DNA of 39,105 nucleotides from Patescibacteria group bacterium. Its GTDB lineage: Bacteria; Patescibacteriota; Patescibacteriia; UBA2196. Made by a program: the position numbers and the translations under genes. Where the stretch lies: NCBI GenBank assembly GCA_043817345.1, contig JBDRGZ010000068.1, positions 1-39,105 on the forward strand, read 5' to 3'. How positions within the stretch are numbered: the stretch's first letter is position 1; each line of letters starts with the position of its first letter. Positions 8,336 to 15,538 of this stretch are shown here, in pieces. A model generated the notes under the pieces. That model was not told the origin of the DNA. It made no database searches and saw nothing but the letters and a program-made list of their open reading frames with translations.

Positions 8336-8796
8336 CCAAAAAACAAGACAAAAAATCAAATATTAAAGAATTACAAGAAAAATGTGATGAATATTTACAT
8401 GGTTGGAAAAGAGCAATGGTTGATTATGAGAATTTTAAAAAACAATCGGAAAAAGAGAAAGAAGAATTTGTTAAATTTGCTAATACAAATTTAGTAATGT
8501 CATTAATCCCTGTATATAACAATTTAAAGTTAGCTTTAGAACATTCACCAGATGATGATTGGGCAAAAGGTATAGATCATATTCAGAAACAGTTTAATCA
8601 AGTTTTAGAACATAATGGCGTTGATGAAGTTTTGCCTAAAATAGGCGGGAAGTTTAATCCAGAAGAACATGAAGCCGTTGAGCAAAATTTAAAACATAAC
8701 CAACAAAACACAGAAAATAAAATTTCTAAAATAATTAGTTGTGGCTATAAATTAAATAATAAAGTGTTTATTCCAGCTAAAGTAATTGTAAAATAA
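8332..8796 (+). CDS. grpE: Nucleotide exchange factor GrpE
   Basis: YLHGWKRAMVDYENFKKQ ... FNPEEHEAV ... GYKLNNKVFIPAKV. Confidence 0.9.
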   Translation: MTKKQDKKSNIKELQEKCDEYLHGWKRAMVDYENFKKQSEKEKEEFVKFANTNLVMSLIPVYNNLKLALEHSPDDDWAKGIDHIQKQFNQVLEHNGVDEVLPKIGGKFNPEEHEAVEQNLKHNQQNTENKISKIISCGYKLNNKVFIPAKVIVK

Positions 8797-8806
8797 AAAT
8801 TAACCC

Positions 8807-8841
8807 ATCTCTTTAGACGTAGCTTGTTGCTCTAGAGAGAT
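8807..8841 (+). promoter_or_regulatory. Leader hairpin covering the purine-rich stretch before hsp20 (candidate RNA thermometer, or grpE 3' hairpin)
   Basis: ATCTCTTTAGA (8807-8817) pairs with TCTAGAGAGAT (8831-8841): 11 bp including one G:U, with a 13-nt loop. ATG is at 8849. Confidence 0.35.
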
Positions 8842-8848
8842 AAAGAAC

Positions 8849-9265
8849 ATGTCTATGTCATTAATAAAATGGACTCCAATGTCTTTAGATCCTTTCGATG
8901 ATTTTTTTGATTTTCCTTCCATGAGACCTGGAAATTTTACACCGGCCATGGATATCTGGCAAGATGAAGAAAATATTTATGCTGAATGTCCTTTAGCAGG
9001 TGTTGACCCTAAAAACGTTGAGGTATCAGTTGAAAATGATATTTTAACTGTCCAGGGCAAAACAGAACAAAAAAGTGAGGTTGAAGAAAAAGAATATTAC
9101 AGGAAAGAAGTTAGGTTTGGTAGTTTCCACCGTTCAGTAGCTTTACCAGCTGCAGTAAACAACGAACGCGTTTCAGCAGAATTTGAAAAAGGAGTTTTAA
9201 AGATTACTTTACCAAAAGAAGATAGAGTTAAACCTAAAAAAATTGATGTAAAGATTAAATCTTAA
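8849..9265 (+). CDS. Small heat-shock protein (Hsp20/alpha-crystallin family)
   Basis: Alpha-crystallin domain: PAMDIWQDEENIYAECPLAGVDPKNVEVSVENDILTVQG...FGSFHRSVALP...GVLKITLPK. Confidence 0.9.
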   Translation: MSMSLIKWTPMSLDPFDDFFDFPSMRPGNFTPAMDIWQDEENIYAECPLAGVDPKNVEVSVENDILTVQGKTEQKSEVEEKEYYRKEVRFGSFHRSVALPAAVNNERVSAEFEKGVLKITLPKEDRVKPKKIDVKIKS

Positions 9266-9273
9266 TCTTTTCC

Positions 9274-9303
9274 CTTTGTCCTAAAATATTTTTTAGGACA
9301 AGG
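9274..9303. terminator. Strong hairpin after hsp20 (bidirectional terminator-like)
   Basis: TTGTCCTAAAA / TTTTAGGACAA 11-bp stem with a short AT loop; A/T runs are part of the stem. Confidence 0.55.
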
Positions 9304-9320
9304 ATGAGAAGATAAAATAT

Positions 9321-9626
9321 ATGAATAACAGAAATAAAATAATTGAAAATTCACTCAAATTAGTTAAAAGCTGCCCTGTGTGTAATAGTAAATATACAGA
9401 AAAATCAGCTGAAGTAGCTAGTGAAATTGAAGCTGGATATTTAATATATTTTGCTTGTCATAAATGTTCAAGTTCACTTCTAGCCCAAGTTGTTGAAGCC
9501 CCGTTTGGTTTAATTGGTTCAGCAATGTTAACTGATTTAGAATTAAATGAAGTTTTAAAATTCAAAAACGGAGAAAAGGTAAGTGTGGATGATGTTTTAG
9601 ACGTTTATCAGAAATTGGAAAAATAA
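9321..9626 (+). CDS. Hypothetical zinc-ribbon protein within the heat-shock cluster
   Basis: CPVC...CHKC cysteine pairs. No family recognised. Confidence 0.45.
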   Translation: MNNRNKIIENSLKLVKSCPVCNSKYTEKSAEVASEIEAGYLIYFACHKCSSSLLAQVVEAPFGLIGSAMLTDLELNEVLKFKNGEKVSVDDVLDVYQKLEK

Positions 9627-9630
9627 AAAA

Positions 9631-9664
9631 CTATATCACACAATTAAATTTAAATGTGATATAG
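9631..9664 (+). terminator. Stem-loop after the 9321-9626 gene
   Basis: CTATATCACA-N14-TGTGATATAG is a perfect 10-bp inverted repeat. Confidence 0.45.
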
Positions 9665-9876
9665 TAAAAGATTTTTCATAGCAACATATGAATGTCTGTT
9701 AAAAATTTTTTTCTGTATAAAGTATTTATTTCACCTCCTTCAACTATGATTTTTTAACCCTTTTAATTTAATTCAACTTTAGATTAAATAGATTAAAAAG
9801 TTAATATTAATAAAAATTAATAATTAAATTTGTGGTCGTTTAAATAATTAATTAAAGATCACTAGAGAATAAAAAT

Positions 9877-11811
9877 ATGGGAAAAATTTTAGGTATCGAT
9901 CTCGGTACAACAAACAGTGCAATGGCTGTGATGGAAGGTGGCAGCCCAAAGATTTTAGAAAATAAAGAAGGAAATAGAACAACTCCTTCTATGGTGGCTA
10001 TTAACAAAGCCAATGAAAGATCAGTTGGTTTAATAGCTAAACGTCAAGCTGTTACTAATCCAACCAATACTTTGTTTTCAATTAAACGTTTAATTGGAAG
10101 ACGTTGGGAAGATGAAGAAGTACAGCGCGATTTAAAAAATATGCCTTTTAAGATTAAGCAGGCAGGTGTTGGTGTTAAAGTTGAAATGAATGGCAAAGAC
10201 TATACACCACAAGAAGTTTCTGCAATGATCTTACAAAAGTTAAAAACTGATGCAGAAGAAAAAACTGGTGAAAAAATTGAAGAAGCTGTTATTACAGTTC
10301 CAGCTTACTTTGATGATTCACAAAGACAAGCCACTAAAGAAGCTGGTGAAATTGCTGGTTTAAAAGTTGCTCGTATTGTTAATGAACCTACAGCAGCAGC
10401 TTTAGCTTATGGTTTTGAAAAGAAAAAAGGCCAACAAATTGCTGTATACGATTTGGGTGGAGGAACTTTTGATGTTTCCATTCTTGATGTAGAAGAAGAT
10501 ACAATTGAAGTTAAATCAACTAATGGTGATACACATTTGGGCGGTGATGATTTTGATCAAGTATTAATTAACTGGATTATTGATGAATTTAAAAAACAAG
10601 AAGGCATTGATTTGTCAAACGACCCAATGGCTTTACAAAGAGTTAAAGAATCTGCAGAAAAAGCTAAGATTGAATTATCTACTGCTCAAGAAACAGAAAT
10701 TTCGCAACCTTTCATTACTACTGATGCTAATGGCCCAAAACACTTATCTTTAAAGATAACCAGATCTAAATTAGAAGAATTAGTTGGTGATTTAGTTAAG
10801 AAAACATTAGAACCTGTTAAACAAGCTTTAAAAGATGCTAGTTTTGAAGCTAAAGATGTCGAAGAAGTGATTTTAGTTGGTGGTATGACAAGAATGCCAT
10901 TGGTTCAAAAAACCGTTGAAGAGTTTTTTGGTAAGAAACCAAACATGTCTGTTAATCCTGATGAAGTAGTTGCTTTAGGCGCGGCTGTTCAAGCAGGTGT
11001 TTTACAAGGTGATGTAAAAGATGTTCTTTTACTTGATGTAACTCCTTTAACTTTAGGTATTGAAACTTTAGGTAGTGTTTCAACTCCTTTAATTGAGAAA
11101 AATACAACTATCCCTACTTCAAAATCTCAAGTTTTCTCAACAGCAGCAGACAACCAACCTTCTGTAGAAATTCATATTTTACAAGGTGAACGTCCAATGG
11201 CTGGAGATAACAAAACACTTGGTAGATTTATTCTAGATGGAATTCCACCATCACCGCGTGGTTTACCACAAATTGAAGTTACTTTTGATATTGATGCTAA
11301 TGGTATTTTAAGTGTTAAAGCTCAAGATAAAGGTACTGGAAAAGAACAACATATTACAATTACAGCTTCAACAGGATTAAATAAAGATGAGATTGAAAAA
11401 ATGAAAAAAGATGCAGAATCTCATGCTGATGAAGACAAAAAGAAGAAAGAATCTATTGAAGTTAAAAATATGGCCGAAACTTTGTACTATACAACAGAGA
11501 AAGCTTTAAAAGATGCTGGAGATAAATTACCAGAGGCAGATAAGAAATCTATAGAAGAAAAGATGGAAGCTCTTAAATCTGTATTAAAAGAAGACGACCC
11601 CGTTTCTAAGAACGGGGCAAGCATTGAAGCTATTAAAAAAGCTACAGAAGAACTTTCAACAGAAGCACAAAAGATTGGACAAGCTATGTACGCTGCTTCG
11701 CAGCAAGAAACAAACACCAAGAAACAAGATACAAAAGACACAAATGAAAAATCTAGTGATGACAAAAAACCTGAAGAAGCTGAATTTGAGGAAGTTGGTA
11801 AAAAGAATTAA
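9877..11811 (+). CDS. dnaK: Molecular chaperone DnaK (Hsp70)
   Basis: [30 protein letters not shown] and EEV-type acidic C-terminus. Confidence 0.97.
   Translation: MGKILGIDLGTTNSAMAVMEGGSPKILENKEGNRTTPSMVAINKANERSVGLIAKRQAVTNPTNTLFSIKRLIGRRWEDEEVQRDLKNMPFKIKQAGVGVKVEMNGKDYTPQEVSAMILQKLKTDAEEKTGEKIEEAVITVPAYFDDSQRQATKEAGEIAGLKVARIVNEPTAAALAYGFEKKKGQQIAVYDLGGGTFDVSILDVEEDTIEVKSTNGDTHLGGDDFDQVLINWIIDEFKKQEGIDLSNDPMALQRVKESAEKAKIELSTAQETEISQPFITTDANGPKHLSLKITRSKLEELVGDLVKKTLEPVKQALKDASFEAKDVEEVILVGGMTRMPLVQKTVEEFFGKKPNMSVNPDEVVALGAAVQAGVLQGDVKDVLLLDVTPLTLGIETLGSVSTPLIEKNTTIPTSKSQVFSTAADNQPSVEIHILQGERPMAGDNKTLGRFILDGIPPSPRGLPQIEVTFDIDANGILSVKAQDKGTGKEQHITITASTGLNKDEIEKMKKDAESHADEDKKKKESIEVKNMAETLYYTTEKALKDAGDKLPEADKKSIEEKMEALKSVLKEDDPVSKNGASIEAIKKATEELSTEAQKIGQAMYAASQQETNTKKQDTKDTNEKSSDDKKPEEAEFEEVGKKN
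11598..11617. repeat. Family-D GC hairpin inside dnaK (in frame)
   Basis: CCCCGTT-TCTAAG-AACGGGG followed by CAAG. It encodes DPVSKNGAS in the variable C-terminal region. Confidence 0.6.
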
Positions 11812-11851
11812 GAATAAAGAATTATGAATTAAGGGATTTATTGGAATAACT

Positions 11852-11926
11852 GTTCCGAACTTTTAAGGTCGTTGGCCCGCCCGCAACGCCTGAGCAGCTA
11901 GCGATGGCGGGCGGGGAGTTCGGGAC
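11852..11926. repeat. GC-rich long palindromic element (CCCGCC type) downstream of dnaK
   Basis: The outer stem GTTCCGAAC/GTTCGGGAC has one mismatch; the inner stem CCCGCCCGC/GCGGGCGGG is perfect. It contains the ACTTTTAAGGTCG module also present in family-A copies. Confidence 0.75.
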
Positions 11927-11986
11927 TTTTTAAGAATTTTTTGTCAAGCATTGTGGATAAGTAAGCCCGTCAAACGAGCCAAGAAA

Positions 11987-12069
11987 AACAAAAACCGCTA
12001 AAATTAGCGGAATTTGTGGGGTTTTAGACGCCCCGGTTAAGACAATTAGGAACTTGACATCCTCATGTT
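11987..12069 (-). ncRNA. Candidate ~80-nt sRNA with 5' end antisense to the neighbouring tRNA-like RNA
   Basis: Minus-strand promoter: TTGACA (12104-12099), 17-nt spacer, TGtTATACT (12081-12076). Terminator: CCGCTA-ATTT-TAGCGG plus TTTTTGTTTTT (12010-11984). The first 16 nt, ACATGAGGATGTCAAG, complement 15 of 16 nt of the tRNA-like RNA. Confidence 0.4.
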
Positions 12070-12083
12070 TATTTAAGTATAAC
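12054..12083 (+). promoter_or_regulatory. Possible plus-strand promoter facing the DUF3467-dnaJ operon
   Basis: TTGACA (12054-12059), 18-nt spacer, TATAAC (12078-12083). It overlaps the minus-strand -10 element. Confidence 0.35.
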
Positions 12084-12127
12084 AAAATATAAAAAAATTG
12101 TCAAAATTTTTTTTACGGACTGGTCAG

Positions 12128-12198
12128 TGGTGGAGGTGAGGGGAATCGAACCCCCGACACGAGGATGTCAAGACCTGTGTCCTAACCGTAGCACCCCC
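12128..12198 (-). ncRNA. 71-nt tmRNA-TLD-like / tRNA-Ala-like RNA (no D stem, no tag ORF)
   Basis: The reverse complement is GGGGGTG CTACGGTTAG GACACAGG TCTTGACAT CCTCGTGTC GGGGG TTCGATT CCCCT CACCTCC ACCA. It has a 7-bp acceptor stem with G3:U70, A73, an encoded CCA and a T-arm. The 5' end resembles the tmRNA start GGGG..G.UACGGAUUCGACA. Confidence 0.55.
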
Positions 12199-12263
12199 AC
12201 GCAACTGAACACAGCCCGCACACTAATTATAACATAATTTAATAAATTAATTATTAAAAAAAT

Positions 12264-12575
12264 ATGGAACAACAACAAAATTCAAACCAAAATCAAAAAC
12301 AAATGCAAATTAAGATTGACGACAACACATTAAAAGGTGTTTATGCTAATGCAATGCAAGTTTTTCATTCAAAAGAAGAATTTGTTTTGGATTATATGAA
12401 TCTTTCTCCTCATCAAGGAGTAGGAATCATAACTTCACGTGTAATTATTAGTCCAGGACATGCAAAAAGAATGATTGCTGCTTTGAGTGATAATTTAAAG
12501 AAATATGAAGATCAGTTTGGTAAAATTGAAGAAGCTGACGCGCCAAATAATGAATTAGGTTTTAAGACTGAATAA
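12264..12575 (+). CDS. DUF3467-like protein
   Basis: KGVYANAMQVFHSKEEFVLDYM...SRVIISPGHAKRMIAAL...YEDQFGKI resembles DUF3467. Family assignment is from memory. Confidence 0.55.
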   Translation: MEQQQNSNQNQKQMQIKIDDNTLKGVYANAMQVFHSKEEFVLDYMNLSPHQGVGIITSRVIISPGHAKRMIAALSDNLKKYEDQFGKIEEADAPNNELGFKTE

Positions 12576-12576
12576 A

Positions 12577-13692
12577 ATGGCTAAAGATTATTATTCCATT
12601 CTTGGAGTAGATAGAAAATCAAGCCAAGATGAGATTAAAAAAGCTTTTCGTAAGAAAGCTCACGAACACCATCCTGATAAGGGTAATGGTGACGATACTA
12701 AATTTAAAGAAGTAAACGAAGCTTATCAAACTCTTGGTAATAAAGATAAACGTGCCCAATATGATCAATTTGGCACGACTTTTGATAGTGCAGGAATGGG
12801 TGGTGGTGGACAAGGTGGTTTTAACTGGCAAGATTTTGCTAAACATTATGGAGGACAACAGCAAAGTTATAGAACAAATATAAACTTTGAAGATATTGGT
12901 GATATTTTTGGAGATTTTGGAGATTTATTTGGTAGAGGACAGAGAAGCTCACGTACACGCTCAGCTAGTGGAGAAGATATTCAGATTCACATGACAATAG
13001 ATTTTAGAGAAGCTGTATTTGGCGCAGAAAAAATTATTTCTTTAGATAAACAAGATAGTTGTGATAAATGTTCTGGTAAGGGTTATGAAGATAAGACAAA
13101 GATAATCACTTGTCCACAATGTAATGGTTCAGGACAAATTCAACAAACACAAAGAACAATGTTTGGGGTATTTTCAACAGCTAGTGTTTGTCCAACTTGT
13201 AAAGGTGAAGGTAAAAAGCCAGAACAATATTGTTCTAAATGTCATGGTGAAGGCAGAACTAAAATTAAGAGAGAATTAAAAATTACAATTCCTGCTGGGA
13301 TTGATACTGGTCAAACAATTAAAATATCTGAACAAGGTAATGTGGGGTCAAAAGGAAGTATGTCTGGTGATTTGTATATCTCTTTTGATATTAGATCAGA
13401 CAAAGAATTTACAAGAGAAAATTATAATATTTTATCTAAAATAGAAATTAATATTTCTCAAGCATCTCTTGGTGATAAAATTGAGATTAATACTTTAGAT
13501 GGTTTAGTTAATTTAAAAATTCCTTCTGGTACACAATCCGGAAAAATATTTATTTTAAAAAATAAAGGCGTGCCAGTTTTAAATTCTCCTAGCAGAAGAG
13601 GCGACCAGCAAGTTGAAGTTAATGTTAAAATTCCAACTAGATTATCTAGAAAACAAAAGAAATTATTAGAAGAATTAAAAGAAGAATTATAG
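12577..13692 (+). CDS. dnaJ: Molecular chaperone DnaJ
   Basis: J domain DYYSILGV...HPDK, a G/F-rich linker and four CxxCxGxG zinc-finger repeats. Confidence 0.95.
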   Translation: MAKDYYSILGVDRKSSQDEIKKAFRKKAHEHHPDKGNGDDTKFKEVNEAYQTLGNKDKRAQYDQFGTTFDSAGMGGGGQGGFNWQDFAKHYGGQQQSYRTNINFEDIGDIFGDFGDLFGRGQRSSRTRSASGEDIQIHMTIDFREAVFGAEKIISLDKQDSCDKCSGKGYEDKTKIITCPQCNGSGQIQQTQRTMFGVFSTASVCPTCKGEGKKPEQYCSKCHGEGRTKIKRELKITIPAGIDTGQTIKISEQGNVGSKGSMSGDLYISFDIRSDKEFTRENYNILSKIEINISQASLGDKIEINTLDGLVNLKIPSGTQSGKIFILKNKGVPVLNSPSRRGDQQVEVNVKIPTRLSRKQKKLLEELKEEL

Positions 13693-13696
13693 ATTT

Positions 13697-13727
13697 AAAA
13701 ACCAGTACAGTCACTATGCTGGTTTTT
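13697..13727. terminator. Terminator hairpin after dnaJ
   Basis: AAAAACCAG-N13-CTGGTTTTT, followed by the extended -10 TGgTATAAT (13736-13744) for the next gene. Confidence 0.6.
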
Positions 13728-13752
13728 AAAATATGTGGTATAATATATTCAT

Positions 13753-14313
13753 ATGTTAGATAAAACAATCTCATTACCAAATATTGCAGGAGCCATGAAT
13801 TCAATGAATTGGTCATTAAATGGTTATGATTTGTATATATTACTATTTTTCGCAATAATAATTTTATTGTGTTTCTTTTTTTTATACAGAAAAATATTTG
13901 CTTTATTATTTAGTATTTATGTTGGTTATTTAATAATTTTGTTTTTCCCATTTAATTTATGGCTGAATAATACTGATTTAGATTTAATTAGTAAAATAAA
14001 AATATACGGTTTTTTATTATTAATTTTATTTTTATTTTTTATATTTTCTAAATGTCATATTTTTGCAATTCAGTTTGGAGGAATAATTAAAAAAACCATA
14101 AAATCTATAATTTATGGCATATTAAACGCGGGATTATTTTTAAGTTTATTAATTTTATTATTGCCTATAAATTGGCTGGCTAAATTTTCCGGAACAAGCT
14201 TAAATATTTTAGCATCAGACCAAGCTAGATTTGTCTGGATAGCTTCGCCAATATTATTAATTATATTTCTAAATAAAAAAAGAAAAGGTCCAGGTAGGCC
14301 TAGTTTTGATTGA
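13753..14313 (+). CDS. Hypothetical integral membrane protein
   Basis: Several hydrophobic segments. No recognised family. Confidence 0.45.
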   Translation: MLDKTISLPNIAGAMNSMNWSLNGYDLYILLFFAIIILLCFFFLYRKIFALLFSIYVGYLIILFFPFNLWLNNTDLDLISKIKIYGFLLLILFLFFIFSKCHIFAIQFGGIIKKTIKSIIYGILNAGLFLSLLILLLPINWLAKFSGTSLNILASDQARFVWIASPILLIIFLNKKRKGPGRPSFD

Positions 14314-14325
14314 TATTAATAATAA

Positions 14326-14358
14326 TGTCATCCTGAGGAGCTTGCGACGAAGGATCTG
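14326..14358. repeat. Family-A single arm
   Basis: TGTCATCCTGAGGAGCTTGCGACGAAGGATCTG, between two convergent genes. Confidence 0.75.
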
Positions 14359-14359
14359 T

Positions 14360-15295
14360 TTATAAAAATAGATTTTTTAGATCTTCCAATTTTTTTATTT
14401 TTATAATTTGTTTTCTTAGTTCCCCAGCATTCTTTTGGCCTTTAATATAATGTAGTAAATGTTTTCTTAAAGACGTTAAGTCTTTATTTTGTTTTAGAAA
14501 TAATTCCGCATGGTTAACCATTGTTTTGTGTATTTTAGATAGATTAGGTGATTTTGATAACGGGATCCCTCGTTTTGCTCGGGACAGGGCAAGGAAAATC
14601 CATGGATTACCCCAAGCCCCTCTTGCAATTCCTATGCCATCCGTATTTGTTTTTTCTAAAATTTCTTTAGCTTGTTCTGGTGTATTAATTCCTCCATTTG
14701 TTAGAACCGGAATGTTTGGTAATAATTGTTTAATTTTTTTAATTGTTTGTATATCAATTTTTCCAGTAAAGCCTTGTTTTAAAGATCTGCCATGAATCAT
14801 AACTGCAGAGATTTTTAAATCTTTTATATATTCTATAAATTCAATTGCAGAAGTATTTTTTACTTGCGATCGTATTTTAATTGAAATTGGTAATTTTGTG
14901 TTATCTAGTGTTGTTTGTATTATCTCTTTAGCTATGTCCATATTATTCATTAGAGCTGCGCCTGAGCCTGTTTTTGTTACTTTATGAGCTGGACAACCCA
15001 GATTTATATCTATGCCTGAAAAATTAGATGTATTAATAATTTTTAAAGCTTTTTGAAAACTTTCTGCCTTATTTCCAAATAATTGCAGAATTATATTTTT
15101 TTCTTGAGGTAAAGTTTTTAGCATTTGTAATGTTTTTTTATTTTTTCTCCAAATAGCTTCAACAGAAACCATTTCAGTATAAACGATATCAGCTTTGTTT
15201 TTTAAGCAGATTAATCTAAAAGCAGGATCTGTATATCCTGCCATTGGGGCTAAAGCCAAAATTGGCTTTTTAAATTTTGACCAAATATTTGTCAT
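14360..15295 (-). CDS. tRNA-dihydrouridine synthase
   Basis: LAPMAGYTD, NLGCP, the IHGRS region, and DGIGIARGAWGNPWIF. Confidence 0.85.
   Translation of the reverse strand: MTNIWSKFKKPILALAPMAGYTDPAFRLICLKNKADIVYTEMVSVEAIWRKNKKTLQMLKTLPQEKNIILQLFGNKAESFQKALKIINTSNFSGIDINLGCPAHKVTKTGSGAALMNNMDIAKEIIQTTLDNTKLPISIKIRSQVKNTSAIEFIEYIKDLKISAVMIHGRSLKQGFTGKIDIQTIKKIKQLLPNIPVLTNGGINTPEQAKEILEKTNTDGIGIARGAWGNPWIFLALSRAKRGIPLSKSPNLSKIHKTMVNHAELFLKQNKDLTSLRKHLLHYIKGQKNAGELRKQIIKIKKLEDLKNLFL
14562..14590 (-). repeat. Family-A-like arm inserted in frame in dus
   Basis: The minus strand reads GCCCTGTCCCGAGCAAAACGAGGGATCCC and encodes ALSRAKRGIP directly after the conserved GNPWIF. Confidence 0.55.
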
Positions 15296-15358
15296 GTGGT
15301 AGATTTAATGAAAAGTGAATAATTAAAAAATTAACAATTAAATTCAGGAGGAAAATAA

Positions 15359-15538
15359 ATGGCAGGAACAGAAAAAGAAGATGGATTAGGGGGACAAATT
15401 TTTGGGCTAAAAACCGATGATGTTGGAAAAGATAGGATATTCCGAGTTAATGAAAATGAAAATTTTTGTATCTATTGTGGCGCTGTTGGAGCAAACCACA
15501 CCTGCGAACGGACTTCTGCCCCACCTAAAGTTTTATAA
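15359..15538 (+). CDS. Small hypothetical protein (59 aa, below the ORF-track cutoff)
   Basis: AGGAGG lies 7 nt before ATG 15359. Sequence is MAGTEKEDGLGGQIFGLKTDDVGKDRIFRVNENENFCIYCGAVGANHTCERTSAPPKVL. Its 3' end overlaps the cysS 3' end by 14 nt, convergently. Confidence 0.35.
   Translation: MAGTEKEDGLGGQIFGLKTDDVGKDRIFRVNENENFCIYCGAVGANHTCERTSAPPKVL

Noticed and set aside
9733-9745. TCACCTCCTT on the plus strand (resembling the 16S rRNA 3' end), and the strong AGGAGGTGA on the minus strand
   Set aside because: No rRNA-like flanking sequence is present, and no start codon or ORF follows the minus-strand SD-like motif.
11987-12069. The possibility that the sRNA is the tag-encoding piece of a two-piece tmRNA
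   Set aside because: No frame gives an Ala-started, ..ALAA-like tag. The only ATG-led frame is MRMSSS-stop. The gene order (5' acceptor strand ... CCA first) is also not the known permuted arrangement.
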